A DNA stretch of 64,000 nucleotides from a bacterium (GCA_030426085.1 JAUHYW010000012.1:84509-148508), one strand, 5' to 3'; positions 38,662 through 50,978 are shown, counted from the first letter of the stretch. Notes: generated by a model from the sequence alone, not told the origin. A program made the numbers and translations.

Positions 38662-39534
38662 TCAGCTCCCTTTCGGTTCGTCGTGTCGGCCGCCGAGCTC
38701 TTCGCCCAGGCCCCGCTGTCTCGGAATCTCGTCGACGATCGCCCGCTGGCGGTCCTCGCTGAGCAGGATGTAGCCGGCGTCCATGCGCCGGGCGGCCAGC
38801 GTGTCGAGGATCTGCTCGACGCGGCCGATCTTGTCCCGGAAGTCGCCCTGCCCCAGCGCCACCCGGGTGCGGCCGAGCATCAGCTCGAGTCGGCCGGCGG
38901 GGGCGAGGTGCACGCTGCCCAGCGGGCGGCGGGCGGCCAGCGGGCTCAGGGCGTAGCGCCGGGCGACGGCCAGCGCGGTCTGCACCCGCTCGCAGGCCCC
39001 CTCGGGGTCGAGGTCGAAGTCCTCCCGGCTCAGCCCGGTCACCAGCGGCAGCCCCTGCATCTCGTCGGGGCCGGCCTGGGCGAACGGGTGGCCGGTGGCG
39101 TCGACGAGGTAGGGCACGTCGAGCACCACCGCGCCCGAGGCCCGCCGCTCTTCGAGGCGGATGACGACCCGCTCGGGCAGCACCTTGGTCACCCGGGCGG
39201 TGGCGACCCACGGGTGCAGCAGCAGCGCCTCGCGGGCGGCGTCGGCGTCGAAGTCGAAGATGTTGCGCGGCGTCGCCAGCCCGGTGGCCTCGATGATCGC
39301 CGGGCGGTCGAGGTGGGCGGTGGACTCGACGTCGATGTCGCGCACCAGGAAGTACGCCGACTGGTGCACCGCCCGGTAGCCGGCGAAGGCGAAGCCGGCG
39401 ACGAAGCCGACGATGATCGCGAAGCGCACCACCGGCCGCAGGCCGTGCCACACCCAGGCCGTCAGCTCGGCGAGGCCGCCGAAGAAGCGCTTGACCCCGG
39501 CGAGGCGCTGCCCCTTGAAGCGGTTACCGGCCAT
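38662..39534 (-). CDS. ftsQ: Cell division protein FtsQ (POTRA)
   Basis: Single TM, NIF..D..PWV..A.V.K.LP..V.I.LEER POTRA pattern; position between ddl and ftsA. Confidence 0.85.
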   Translation of the reverse strand: MAGNRFKGQRLAGVKRFFGGLAELTAWVWHGLRPVVRFAIIVGFVAGFAFAGYRAVHQSAYFLVRDIDVESTAHLDRPAIIEATGLATPRNIFDFDADAAREALLLHPWVATARVTKVLPERVVIRLEERRASGAVVLDVPYLVDATGHPFAQAGPDEMQGLPLVTGLSREDFDLDPEGACERVQTALAVARRYALSPLAARRPLGSVHLAPAGRLELMLGRTRVALGQGDFRDKIGRVEQILDTLAARRMDAGYILLSEDRQRAIVDEIPRQRGLGEELGGRHDEPKGS

Positions 39535-40501
39535 CGGGGCCTCCTCCGCTCGGGAGCAGATCGGCGTGCATCGCCTCGACCCCCGGCGCGCAGCGGGCGG
39601 CCTCGAGGATGCGCACGCACAGCGCGCCGAAGGCGATGCCGGCGTGGGCCGCGATCTTGGGCAGCAGGCTGGTCGGGGTCATGCCGGGCAGGGTGTTCAC
39701 CTCGATGATCACCGGCCCGTCGGACCCCAGGATCACGTCGGTCCGGGTCGCGCCCCGGCAGCCGAGGCTGCGGTGGGCGGCGAGCGCGGCGGCCTCGACG
39801 GCGGCGGTGTCGGCGGCGTCGAGCCGGGGCGGCAGGTGGTAGCGGGTGCCGCTCTGGCCGTACTTGGCCTCGTAGTCGTAGAAGTCGCGGGCCGGCTCGA
39901 TCTCGACGCTGCCCAGCACGGCGTCGCCCATCACGCCCACCGACAGCTCGGGGCCCCGCACGAAGCGCTCGATGAGGGCCCGGGGCGCGGCGGCGGCCAG
40001 CGCGGCGGGCACCTGCGCCGCGTCGTGCACCAGGGTCACCCCCACGCTGCTGCCGTCGGCCACCGGCTTGATCGCGACCGGCAAGGGGAACGGCAGATCG
40101 GCGGCGCTCTTGCCCTTCAGGTCGTCGCCGCTCCACACGACGTCCTCGGCGACCCGCAGGCCGGCGGCAGCGAAGCGCTGCTTGGCCAGGGCCTTGTCGA
40201 AGGCGAACAGGCTCGCCGCCAGCCCCTCGCCGGTGTAGGGGATGCCCATCCAGTCGAGCAGGCCCTGCACCCGGCCGTCCTCGCCCCACACCCCGTGCAG
40301 CGCGTTGTAGACCACGTCGACCCCGTGCTCGACGAGGCGGGCCGGCAGGTCGCGGCGGGCGTCGATGCGCACCACCCGGTAGCCCTCGCCCTCGAGCGCC
40401 TCGGCGATGGCCGCGCCGGTGGTCAGGCTGACGTCCCGCTCGCGGCTGAGGCCGCCGAGCAGCACGCCCACGGTGGCGTCCTTCCAGATGCCTCGGCTCA
40501 T
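39524..40501 (-). CDS. ddl: D-alanine-D-alanine ligase
   Basis: GGLSRERDVSL, LHG..GEDG, GSSVG, YDYEAKY, EVNTLPGMT. Confidence 0.95.
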   Translation of the reverse strand: MSRGIWKDATVGVLLGGLSRERDVSLTTGAAIAEALEGEGYRVVRIDARRDLPARLVEHGVDVVYNALHGVWGEDGRVQGLLDWMGIPYTGEGLAASLFAFDKALAKQRFAAAGLRVAEDVVWSGDDLKGKSAADLPFPLPVAIKPVADGSSVGVTLVHDAAQVPAALAAAAPRALIERFVRGPELSVGVMGDAVLGSVEIEPARDFYDYEAKYGQSGTRYHLPPRLDAADTAAVEAAALAAHRSLGCRGATRTDVILGSDGPVIIEVNTLPGMTPTSLLPKIAAHAGIAFGALCVRILEAARCAPGVEAMHADLLPSGGGPDGR

Positions 40502-41625
40502 GACGGATCCCTCCCGGCCAGCGCGCACAGCGCCTCGACGATGCGGGCCCCCGCCTCGGGGCGGCCCCGGGCCCTGGCCTTCTGGGCCATCGCGGTCAGC
40601 GTCGCCGGGTCTTCGAGCAGCGACCCGATCTGCTCGACGAGGCCCTCGGTGGTGAGCGTATGCTCCGGGGCCAGGATCGCGGCGCCGTGGTCGGCGAGCG
40701 AGGCGGCGTTGGCGGTCTGGTGGTCGTCGGCGGCGCTGGGGAACGGCACGAACACCGCCGGCCGGCCGACGCAGGCCAGCTCGGCGACGGTGGTCGCCCC
40801 GGCCCGGGCGATGATCAGATCGGCCCACAGCATGGCCTCGACCATGTCGTCGATGAACGGCTCGACCCGCACGTCGGGCGCGTCGCCGTAGGCCGCCCGC
40901 ACCGGGGCGTCCTTGTCCCGGCCGGTCTGGTGGCGCACGGCCAGATCGGGCAGCCGCTGCTTGAGCTGCATCAGCGCCGGGGGCAGCTTCTGGTTGAGCG
41001 CCCGGGCCCCCTGGCTGCCGCCGAGGATGAGCACGTTGCGCGTTCCGCCGGGCAGCGGGGCGCCCTCGACCGCGGCGATGAAGTCGGCCCGCACCGGGTT
41101 GCCGAGCATGCGCACCTTCTTCGCCGGGAAGCCGGCCGCCGCCTCGGGGAAGGCGGTGAAGATCCGCTGCACGAACCGGCCGAGGATGCGGTTGGTGAGC
41201 CCCGGGCGGGCGTTCTGCTCGGCGATGGCGCTGGGGCGGCCGGCGAGCGCGGCGGCGAGCACCACCGGGCCCGAGATGTAGCCCCCGACGCCGAGCACCG
41301 CGGTCGGATCGTGCTCGCGCACGACCTTGAACCCGCGCCAGATGGCCAGCGGCATCGACAGCAGGCTGCGCAGCCGCTCGACGAGGCCGGCGTTCTTGAG
41401 CCGGCGGGCCTCGACGGCGACGAACGGGTGCCCCAGGCCGGGGATGACCCGGGCCTCCATGCCCCGGGGGCTGCCGACGAAGACCACCTCGCCCCCGGTG
41501 ATCTGCGCCAGCCACGCCTGGGCCACCGCCACCCCGGGGAAGACGTGGCCTCCGGTGCCGCCGCCGACGACCATCAGTCGGGGCGGCGCGCCCGGCGCGG
41601 GGCGCTTGTCGCCGCGCAGCATCAT
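40498..41625 (-). CDS. murG: UDP-GlcNAc:lipid I GlcNAc transferase
   Basis: GGGTGGHVFP, GGYIS.P, EQN..PG..N, GGSQGA, RAGATT..E, DHQ..NA. Confidence 0.96.
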   Translation of the reverse strand: MMLRGDKRPAPGAPPRLMVVGGGTGGHVFPGVAVAQAWLAQITGGEVVFVGSPRGMEARVIPGLGHPFVAVEARRLKNAGLVERLRSLLSMPLAIWRGFKVVREHDPTAVLGVGGYISGPVVLAAALAGRPSAIAEQNARPGLTNRILGRFVQRIFTAFPEAAAGFPAKKVRMLGNPVRADFIAAVEGAPLPGGTRNVLILGGSQGARALNQKLPPALMQLKQRLPDLAVRHQTGRDKDAPVRAAYGDAPDVRVEPFIDDMVEAMLWADLIIARAGATTVAELACVGRPAVFVPFPSAADDHQTANAASLADHGAAILAPEHTLTTEGLVEQIGSLLEDPATLTAMAQKARARGRPEAGARIVEALCALAGRDPS

Positions 41626-42868
41626 GCGGCCCCCTTCGCGGCCTTGCGCGGCCGGCCGCGGGCCTTCTTCTGCTTCTGCTTGACGTCGGCGTCGGGCAGC
41701 AGCCGGTGCAGCCACGCCGGGGGCGGCTCCTGGCGGCTGATGTTGAGCAGGATGCCGACGCCGACGCAGGTCAGCAGCATCGAGCTGCCGCCGTAGCTGA
41801 CGAGGGGCAGCGTCAGCCCCTTGGTGGGCAGGAGCGCGGTGGCGACGGCCATGTTGGTCGCCGCCTGGAAGCCGATCTGGGCGGTGATGCCGAATGCCAG
41901 CAGCGCCCCGAACGCGGTGGGCGCGCTGCGGGCGATGGAGAAGCCGCGCCAGACGAAGATCGCGAACAGGGTGATGACGAAGGCGACGCCGACCCAGCCC
42001 AGCTCCTCGCCATAGATGCTGAAGATGAAGTCGGTGTGGGCCTCGGGCAGATACAGGAGCTTCTGCCGGCTGTTGCCCAGCCCCATGCCGAACCAGTCGC
42101 CGCTGCCGAAGCTGATGAGCGCCTGGTTGATGTGATACGAGACGCCCTGCGGGTCGTGCTCCGGGTCGAGGAAGGCCAGCAGCCGCTTGACCCGGTACGG
42201 CTCGGCGATGATCGCCAGCGGCACCAGCGCCGCGCCGATGCCCACCAGCCCGCCGACGTGCAGCCAGCGCCCGCCGGCGGCCCACACCATCAGCACCATG
42301 ATGCCGCCGCAGATGAGCGTGCTGCCGAAGTCGGGCTGCAGCATGAGCAGGCCGGCGATGGCCCCCAGCGCCAGGATGGGCTTGCCCCAGGCGGTCTTGA
42401 GGTCGTCGAGCTGCGCCTGACGGGCGCTGAGGTACCACGCCAGCAGCACGATCCAGGTGACCTTGATCGCCTCGCTCGGCTGGAAGCGCACCGGGCCGAA
42501 GCCGATCCAGCGGGCGGCGCCCTTGGCCGAGGCCGACATGCCCGGGATGAGCACGACGACGAGCAGCGCCATCGCCGCCAGGAACAGCGGCTTCGCCAGC
42601 CGGCGCCACAGGTCGTGGTGGATGTTGAGGCACGCGATCAGCGCCAGCAGGCCGATGCCGCAGTAGGCCATCTGCCGCTCGAGGTAGAACGCGCCGTTGC
42701 CGGTGCGGGTCTCGGCGCTGACGATGCTGGCCGAGTAGACCATCACCACCCCGATGCCCATCAGCACGAACACCACCCCCAGCAGCACCCGGTCGTAGCG
42801 GAACTGCACGATCCGGGTGGAGTCGGCGCCCTCCTCGGGGCGCAGGCGATGGCGCAGCCGGTCCAGCA

Positions 42869-42869
<1 letters not shown>
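41622..42869 (-). CDS. ftsW: SEDS peptidoglycan polymerase FtsW
   Basis: MVYSAS, RWI..G..FQPSE, QPDFG, LPEAHTDFIF, EELG, KGLTLP.VSYGGSS. Confidence 0.95.
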
Positions 42870-44004
<1,135 letters not shown>

Positions 44005-44008
<4 letters not shown>

Positions 44009-45417
44009 CGGGCGGGGCCCTCCTCGCGATCGCGCAGCGCTTCGTAGACCCGCTCGAGGCGCACGCCCCGGGACCCCTTGAGCAGAATCGGCTGGCCCGG
44101 CCGGCGCAGGTCGATCACCGCGGCCGCGGCGGCCTCGGCGTCCTCCCGATGACGGGCCCGCTCGGGCGGCATGCCGGCGGCCCGGGCGGCCTCGACGAGG
44201 TGGGCCGACAGCCGGCCGACCCCGATGAGCGTCGGCTCGCCCGGCAGCCGGGCCACCGCCTCGCCCGCTGCCCGGTGGGCGTCGACCCCGCCCGGCCCCA
44301 GCTCGAGCATGTCGCCGAGCACCAGCAGCCCGTCGGGGGCCCGGTCGGCGAAGGTGCGCACCGCCACCGCCATCGACTGGGGGTTGGCGTTGTAGCAGTC
44401 GAGCACCACCGGCGTGCCGTCGGCCAGGGTTCGCATCTCGCCCCGCATCGACGGCGGCTCGACCTCGGCCAGCGCGGCGACGGCGGCCTCGGGGTCGACC
44501 CCCAGCGCCCGGCCCACCGCGATGGCGAGCAGCGCGTTGTGCAGGTTGTGGCGCCCGTCGAGCTTCAGCCGCAGGCGGTGGAGGCGGCCGTCGACCTCCA
44601 CCGTGCCGGCGACGCCCCGCGTCGTCGTGCGCACCGCGCGCAGCCGCACGGCGTCGGCCGGCCGCTCGCCGACGCAGATCAGCGGCGCCCGCAGGCCGGC
44701 GGTGACCCGCCAGGGGAAGGGCACCCGGCTGGGCATGATCGCCAGCCCGACCGGAGGCAGCGCGTCGAACAGCTCGCCCTTGGCCCGGGCGATGGCCTCG
44801 ACCGAGCCCAGCCCGGCGAGGTGGGCCGCGCCGACGCTGGTGAGGACCCCGATGCGGGGCCCGGCCAGGCTGGACAGGTAGCGGATCTCGCCGGCCGCGT
44901 TCATGCCCATCTCGACCACCGCGAAGCGGTACGGGGGGGCGTCGGGCTCGGCCAGCCGGAGCAGCGTCAGCGGCACGCCGAGGTGGTTGTTGAGGTTGCC
45001 CGCGGTGGCCAGGGTCGGGCCGGCGGTGGCCAGGACCGCGGCGACCATCTCCTTGGTGGTGGTCTTGCCGCTCGAGCCGGTCAGGCCCACCACGGTGCCC
45101 CGGAACTGCACCCGGGTCGCCGCCGCCAGCCGCCCCAGGGCCCGCACGGTGTCCGAGACGACCACCACGGTCGTGTCGCCCCCGAGCATCGGCAGCGCCG
45201 AGACGCCCCGCCGGTCGGCCACGATCACCGTCGCGCCCCGGTCGACCGCCTGCCCGGCGAAGCGATGCCCGTCGAAGCGCGGCCCGCGGATGCAGAAGAA
45301 GGCCGCCCCCGGGGGGCTGGTGCGGCTGTCGATCGAGATCGGGCCCAGCGGGCGATGCTCGCCGTCCATCAGCCGCCCGCCGGCCGCCCGGCACAAGGTC
45401 TGGGAGTCGAGCAGCAT
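44005..45417 (-). CDS. murF: UDP-MurNAc-tripeptide:D-Ala-D-Ala ligase
   Basis: DSR, TGSSGKTTTKE, NNHLGVPLT, EMGM, DCYNANP.SM, GDMLELG, KGSRG. Confidence 0.95.
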
Positions 45418-46931
45418 CAGCGCGCCCCCTCGGCTTCGAGGGCCGCCCGGGCCACCGCGGCGTCGTCGAACGGCCGCCGCACCCCGCCCACCTCTTGATA
45501 GCTCTCGTGGCCCTTGCCGGCGATGAGCACCGTGTCGCCCGGGCGGGCGGCGGCGATGGTGGCGCCGATGGCTTTCGCCCGATCGGGCTCGACCCAGACG
45601 TGCCCCGCTCGGGGGCCGTCGCTCTCCGGGCGCCCGGCGTCGAGCGCGCCCCGGGCGACCTCGGCGGCGATGGCCGCCGGGTCTTCGCTGCGGGGGTTGT
45701 CGCTGGTGACCACCACCCCGTCGGCGGTGGCCCCGGCGGCGCCCATCGGGGCCCGCTTGGTGCGATCGCGGTCGCCGGCCGAGCCGAAGACGCACCACAG
45801 CGCGCCCCGGGTCAGCGGGCGCAGCGTCTCGACGACCTGGCGCAGCGCGGCGGGGGTGTGGGCGTAGTCGACGAAGACCGCCAGCCCCCGGGTGTTGCCG
45901 ATGCGCTGCAAGCGGCCGGGCACCTGGGCCTTGGCCAGCCCGGCGGCGATGGCGTCGGTCGGCAGCCCGATCGCGAGCGCCAGCGCCGCGGCCAGCGCCA
46001 CGTTGCTCGCGTTGAACCGCCCCACCAGCGGGCTGGCCAGCGCCAGCGCGCCCCGGGGCGTCTGCAGCGTGCCCCGCAGGCCGTCGCCGTCGATGATGAG
46101 GTCGACGAAGGCCACGTCGGTCGAGCCGGCCAGCGACAGCCGCCACAGGATCAGCTCGGGGCGGGCGGCGGCCAGGGCGTCGGCCAGCGCGGCCCCGAAC
46201 GGATCGTCGACGTCGATGACCGCCACCCCGTCGGCGCGCAGGTGCGTGAAGAACAGCGGCTTCTTGGCCTCGCCGTAGGCCTGCATGTCGCCGTGGTAGT
46301 CGAGGTGGTCGACGCTCAGGTTCGAGAAGCCCGCCGCCGCGAAGCGCACCCCGTCCACCCGGCGCTCGGCCAGCCCGACCGAGGTGACCTCCATCACCGC
46401 GGTCTCGACCCCGGCCTCGACCATGCGGGCCAGCAGCCGGTGCAGCGCCGGCGCCTCGGGGGTGGTAAAGCGGGTGGCGTGGGTCGTGCCGGCGACCCGG
46501 TTGCCGAGGGTGCCGATCACGCCCTCCGGGCGGCCGGCGGCCCGCATCATCGCCGCCATCAGCGTGGCGATGGTGCTCTTGCCGTTGGTGCCGGTCACCC
46601 CCACCAGCCGCAGCGCCTCGGCCGGATCACCCCACAGCCGCGCCGCCAGCCGGGCCATCGCCGGGCGGGGGTCGTCGAGCCAGACCACCGGGCGATCACC
46701 CAGGCCCTCGACCGCGCCCCGATCGCTGCCCGCGGGCAGCGCCACCGCCACCGCGCCGGCCGCGACCGCCTGGGCCACGAAGCGCCGCCCGTCCGCCTGC
46801 CGCCCGGGCAGCGCCACGAACAGGGCCCCGGGCCGCACATCGCGGCTGTCGTGGGTCAGATCGGCCACCTCGACGTCGGCCCCGTCGAGCCGGGCGCCCG
46901 CGATCCCGTCCACCAGCGCGGAGAGCTTCAT
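45417..46931 (-). CDS. murE: UDP-MurNAc-dipeptide:meso-DAP ligase
   Basis: TGTNGKST, TTP, DHLDYH, DYAHTP, DNPR (meso-DAP type), GKGHE. Confidence 0.95.
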   Translation of the reverse strand: MKLSALVDGIAGARLDGADVEVADLTHDSRDVRPGALFVALPGRQADGRRFVAQAVAAGAVAVALPAGSDRGAVEGLGDRPVVWLDDPRPAMARLAARLWGDPAEALRLVGVTGTNGKSTIATLMAAMMRAAGRPEGVIGTLGNRVAGTTHATRFTTPEAPALHRLLARMVEAGVETAVMEVTSVGLAERRVDGVRFAAAGFSNLSVDHLDYHGDMQAYGEAKKPLFFTHLRADGVAVIDVDDPFGAALADALAAARPELILWRLSLAGSTDVAFVDLIIDGDGLRGTLQTPRGALALASPLVGRFNASNVALAAALALAIGLPTDAIAAGLAKAQVPGRLQRIGNTRGLAVFVDYAHTPAALRQVVETLRPLTRGALWCVFGSAGDRDRTKRAPMGAAGATADGVVVTSDNPRSEDPAAIAAEVARGALDAGRPESDGPRAGHVWVEPDRAKAIGATIAAARPGDTVLIAGKGHESYQEVGGVRRPFDDAAVARAALEAEGAR

Positions 46932-48982
46932 CGGTCGCCCTCCGGATCACGGGCCGGCGGCGGGGTGCCGGGCATCGCCAGGGCCACGCTGATCGCGCCA
47001 TCGGGGGGCAGCAGCGAGCCGGCCTGCGGGGTCTGCGAGACGACCAGCCCCGAGCCGCTCACCCGGACCTGGAGCTTCGACTCGCCGGCCCGGGCCATCA
47101 CCTCGGCCAGCGCCTGCCCCTTGAGGTCGGGCACCACCATGTGGCTCGGCGCGCCGCTGAGCACGGCCTCTTCGAACCACCACGGGCGGGCCTGGGGGTC
47201 GATGCCCTCGGCGACCTCTTCCCAGTCGTCGTCCTCGTCGAGCGAGCCGGTGAACGCCGTCGTCGCCTCGACCCCGAGGTAGGGCAGCGACTCCCGGGCG
47301 ATCGTGCGGAAGATGGGCGCCGCGACGACGCCTCCGTAGCGGGCCTCGGTCGGCTCGTCGACCATCACGTAGATCACCAGCCGGGGGTCCTCGGCGGGCA
47401 CGAAGCCGGTGAACGACGAGCGGTACTTGCTCTTGTCGTAGCCCCCGAGCACCGGGTCGACCTTGTGGGCGGTGCCCGTCTTGCCGGCGACCGTATAGCC
47501 CGGGACCCGCGCCCGGCGGCCGGTGCCGCCCTCGGAGGTCACCATCACCATGCCCTGCTTCGCCGCCCGGGCCGCCGCCGTCGAGACCACCCGCCGCAGC
47601 GGCCGGGCAGGGAACGCCTCGATCGTCTCGCCCCGGGCCCCGACGACCGCCCGGACCAGCCGGGTGCGCATCAGCACCCCGTCGTTGGCGATCACCGCCG
47701 TCGCCCGGGCCATCTGCAGCGGCGTCACGCTCAGCGCGTAGCCGTAGCTCAACGTCGCGAGGTGGATGATGCCCCACCGCTTGGGCGAGCTGAGCATGCC
47801 CCGCTGCTCGCCGCGCAGGCCGAGGCCGGTCGTCTCGCCGAAGCCATAGGCCCGGAGGTACGAGTACCAGGCCTCCTTGCCCAGCCGCTGCCCGACCTGG
47901 GCCGCGCCGACGTTGCTCGACTTCTGGATGATCTCGAGCGTGGTCAGCGTCTTCTCGCCGTGCACGTCGGTGATCGTCTTCGAGCCGATCTTGAGCCGCC
48001 CGTAATGCCCGTTCCAGATCGCGTCGGCCGTCGTCTTGCCAGCGTCGATGGCCGCCGCGATCAAGAGCGGCTTGATGGTCGAGCCCGGCTCGAGCACGTC
48101 GGTGATCGCCCGCAGCCGCCAGTCGCCCGGCTCGGCCTCGCGAAAATGGTTCGGGTCGAAGCGCGGGGTCTGGGCCAGCGCCAGGATGTCGCCCGAGCCC
48201 GGCTCGAGCACCACCACCACGCCGCCCTTGGCCTTCATCTCCTCGACCTGGGCGGTCAGCGCGTCCTCGGCGATCTGCTGGATGCGGGCGTCGATGGTCA
48301 GGCCCAGGGTGTAGCCCGAGAGCTGATCCACCGGCAGCACGCCCTCGGGCATCGCCCGCCGCCCCGAGGCGTCGCGCACCGCGTCGAAGGTGTAGGTCCG
48401 CCCCTGGAGGTAGCGGTCGAAGTCCCGCTCGATGCCCTCGAGGCCGGCCCCGTCGATGCCGGCGAAGCCCAGCAGCGCGCCGGCCAGGGCCCGGTTGGGG
48501 TAGAACCGCCGCGGCTCGTCGCGGAGCTGGAGCCCGGGGTGGCCCAGCGCCTCGATCTGCGCCGCCCGCTTGGGGGCGACGTGCCGCTTCAGCCAGACGA
48601 ACTGCTTGTCGGTCGACAGCCGCCGGCGCACGGTCTCGACGTCGACGTCGAGGATGCGGGCCACCTCGGGCGCCAGCCGGGCCACGTCGGCGTCGTTCAC
48701 CTTCGCCGGCACCGCGAAGATCGAGGGCACCATCGCCGACAGGGCCAGCTCGCGCCCGTTGCGGTCGTGGATCGCGCCCCGGCTCGCCCGCAGGGTCACC
48801 ATGCTGCGGTGCTGGCCCTCCGAGCGGGCCACGTAGTGATCGTGCTTGCGCACCTGGAGATCCCACGCCCGCAGCATCAGCGCGCACAGGCCCAGGGCGA
48901 AGATGGTCGACACCAGCAGCATGCGCCCCTTGCGGGGGCCCGGCTCGACCGGCGCCCGGCGGCGGAAGACGTTACGGCCCAT
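46928..48982 (-). CDS. ftsI: Class B PBP FtsI with PASTA domain
   Basis: RGAIHDRNG, EPGSTIK (SxxK), SSN, KTGTA; C-terminal VPDLKG..Q.P PASTA. Confidence 0.95.
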   Translation of the reverse strand: MGRNVFRRRAPVEPGPRKGRMLLVSTIFALGLCALMLRAWDLQVRKHDHYVARSEGQHRSMVTLRASRGAIHDRNGRELALSAMVPSIFAVPAKVNDADVARLAPEVARILDVDVETVRRRLSTDKQFVWLKRHVAPKRAAQIEALGHPGLQLRDEPRRFYPNRALAGALLGFAGIDGAGLEGIERDFDRYLQGRTYTFDAVRDASGRRAMPEGVLPVDQLSGYTLGLTIDARIQQIAEDALTAQVEEMKAKGGVVVVLEPGSGDILALAQTPRFDPNHFREAEPGDWRLRAITDVLEPGSTIKPLLIAAAIDAGKTTADAIWNGHYGRLKIGSKTITDVHGEKTLTTLEIIQKSSNVGAAQVGQRLGKEAWYSYLRAYGFGETTGLGLRGEQRGMLSSPKRWGIIHLATLSYGYALSVTPLQMARATAVIANDGVLMRTRLVRAVVGARGETIEAFPARPLRRVVSTAAARAAKQGMVMVTSEGGTGRRARVPGYTVAGKTGTAHKVDPVLGGYDKSKYRSSFTGFVPAEDPRLVIYVMVDEPTEARYGGVVAAPIFRTIARESLPYLGVEATTAFTGSLDEDDDWEEVAEGIDPQARPWWFEEAVLSGAPSHMVVPDLKGQALAEVMARAGESKLQVRVSGSGLVVSQTPQAGSLLPPDGAISVALAMPGTPPPARDPEGDR

Positions 48983-49292
48983 CGGCGCCCTCCCGCCGGG
49001 TGGCCCGGGCCGTCTCGGTCGCCTTCGCGGGGGGCGGGACGACCACGATCTCGTCGGGGCTCGGGGTGCGTAGCCCGTGGCGCTCGGCCAGCGGAGCCAG
49101 CCGGACCGGGTCGAGCAGGGCCGCCCGGTCGATGCGGAGCTGGCGCAGCTCCTCCTCCAGCGCCCGCTGATCGCTCGACGCCGCCGCCAGCTCGTAGCCG
49201 AGCTGCACCGCCCGGTTGCGCTCGGCGACCAGCCGCACCGTCGCCGCGGTCAGCGCGGCCACCGCCGCCAGCGCCATGACGAAGAACCTCAC
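48972..49292 (-). CDS. ftsL: Cell division protein FtsL
   Basis: TM plus coiled coil (LGYEL..LEEELRQL..L.DP.RL...A); position between rsmH and ftsI; GTG start overlaps the rsmH stop. Confidence 0.8.
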   Translation of the reverse strand: MRFFVMALAAVAALTAATVRLVAERNRAVQLGYELAAASSDQRALEEELRQLRIDRAALLDPVRLAPLAERHGLRTPSPDEIVVVPPPAKATETARATRREGADGP

Positions 49293-50227
49293 GCCGCCAC
49301 CCCCTCGCGCTTCTGCACCGCGCGCAGCTTCGCGCTGCGGGCCCGGGGGTTGTCGTCCAGCTCGTCGGCCTCGGCGGTCACCGGCTTGCGGGTGAGCAGA
49401 TCGAAAGCGGCCGGGGGGGCCGGCGGCGGGGGCAGCCCCCGGCGGGGGGCCTGGGGCCGGTTGCGCCCGCTCAGATCGGCGAAGCGCCGCTTGACCAGCC
49501 GGTCTTCGAGGGAGTGGAAGCTGATGATCAGGGCCCGCCCGCCCGGCGCGAGCACCCCGGGCAGGGCCGCCAGCAGCGCCTCGAGCGCGCCCAGCTCGTC
49601 GTTGACCGCGATGCGCAGCGCCTGGAAGGTCTTCGTCGCCGGGTGGTGCCGCCGCTTGGCCGCCGCCTTCCTGGGCAGGGCCCCGACCACCGCCCGGGCC
49701 AGCGTCGTCGTGTCGAACGGCCCCGGCCCGGCGGCCCACGTCGCCAGCGCCCGGGCGATGGGGCCGGCGAAGGGCTCCTCGCCGTAGCGCCGGATCACCT
49801 CGGCCAGCTCGGGCACCGACAGCCGGCGGATGAGGGCCTCGGCCGGCTCGCCCCGGGAGCGATCCATGCGCATGTCGACCGGGCCCGTCGCCTGGAACGA
49901 GAACCCCCGCTCGGGCCGGTCGAGCTGCCACGAGCTGACCCCCAGGTCGGCCAGCAGCCCGTCCACCGGGCCCAGGTCGGCCAGCAGCGCCTGCACGTCG
50001 CGGAAGTCCCCGTGCACGAAGTTGACACGATCGGCGAAGGGGGCCAGGGTCTGCCGGGCGTGCCCCAGGGCGTCGGGGTCCCGGTCGAAGCCGACGAGGC
50101 GGGCCCCGGCCTCGAGCAGCCGGCCGGCGTGGCCGGCGAAGCCCAGGGTGCAGTCGACCCACAGCTCACCGGGGCGCACCGCGGCCAGGCGCGACACGGC
50201 TCGGGCGAGGACCGGGCGATGGTGCAT
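49289..50227 (-). CDS. rsmH: 16S rRNA m4C1402 methyltransferase
   Basis: H.PVL, DCTLG.AGH, DLGVSS.QLD...RGFSF, DMRM, FQALRIAVN.EL, ISFHSLEDR, NPRARSAKLR. Confidence 0.96.
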   Translation of the reverse strand: MHHRPVLARAVSRLAAVRPGELWVDCTLGFAGHAGRLLEAGARLVGFDRDPDALGHARQTLAPFADRVNFVHGDFRDVQALLADLGPVDGLLADLGVSSWQLDRPERGFSFQATGPVDMRMDRSRGEPAEALIRRLSVPELAEVIRRYGEEPFAGPIARALATWAAGPGPFDTTTLARAVVGALPRKAAAKRRHHPATKTFQALRIAVNDELGALEALLAALPGVLAPGGRALIISFHSLEDRLVKRRFADLSGRNRPQAPRRGLPPPPAPPAAFDLLTRKPVTAEADELDDNPRARSAKLRAVQKREGVAA

Positions 50228-50397
50228 CGGCCGGTTGATGGGCCTCTCCTTCGACGGCGACCGCCGGGCGATCGCAGGTCATGACGGCCACCGCGCGAGG
50301 CGCGGCCCCCGACGCATGGGCGAAACGCCCGGCATCGACGGGACTCCGCCGCTCGGCGGAGGGCGCGGCGAGAGCCCGGGGCGGGCCCGGGCTCACG

Positions 50398-50862
50398 TCA
50401 CAGGTTGAACTCGCTCAGATCGAACTCGGCGTACGCCTCGGGGCCGTGGGTCAGATCCCACATGGCCATCGACCAGATCTCGAGGTAGGACCCCTGGCCG
50501 TTGACGAAGCACTTGCCATCCAGATCCGCGTACTTGCGCAGCACCAGGGGGATCTGGATCCGGCCGAGGCGATCGACCTTCACCCGGCGCGCCGTCCCGC
50601 AGACGACCCGCCGCAGCGCGCTCTGGACCCGGGCCGGCGCCGCGTCGACCTTCGCCTTGAACGCCGCCCACGCCTCGGGCCAGTAGACCAGCAGACAGCG
50701 CTCCTTGAGGTGCCGGGTCACCATGACCTCGCGGCCCTCGTCGAGATCCAGCTCTGCGCGGAACTCGGAGGGGATGCTCAGCCGACCCTTGCCGTCCACC
50801 GTGTGCTCGTGCTGGCCCTCGACATAGCCGGGGTCGGCGTCGCTCGGGGACGGGTGGCTCAT
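50398..50862 (-). CDS. mraZ: Transcriptional regulator MraZ
   Basis: Two DxxGR motifs (DGKGRL.IP..FR; DRLGRIQIP), EIW; GGAGG RBS. Confidence 0.93.
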   Translation of the reverse strand: MSHPSPSDADPGYVEGQHEHTVDGKGRLSIPSEFRAELDLDEGREVMVTRHLKERCLLVYWPEAWAAFKAKVDAAPARVQSALRRVVCGTARRVKVDRLGRIQIPLVLRKYADLDGKCFVNGQGSYLEIWSMAMWDLTHGPEAYAEFDLSEFNL

Positions 50863-50881
50863 GGTCCTCCATGGGAGCGGG

Positions 50882-50905
50882 ATCCACTGATTCCCACCGG
50901 CCCCA
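50882..50905 (-). promoter_or_regulatory. Putative MraZ-binding repeats
   Basis: Minus strand TGGGG..TGGGA..TGGAT at 9-10 bp spacing just upstream of the mraZ RBS, like the phased TGGGN boxes known upstream of mraZ. Confidence 0.55.
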
Positions 50906-50978
50906 TCCTAATGCACCGGGTTCGTGAGTCAACGCCCAATTCGGATCAAAAAACGATTCGCCCGGGCCTCGCCCGATG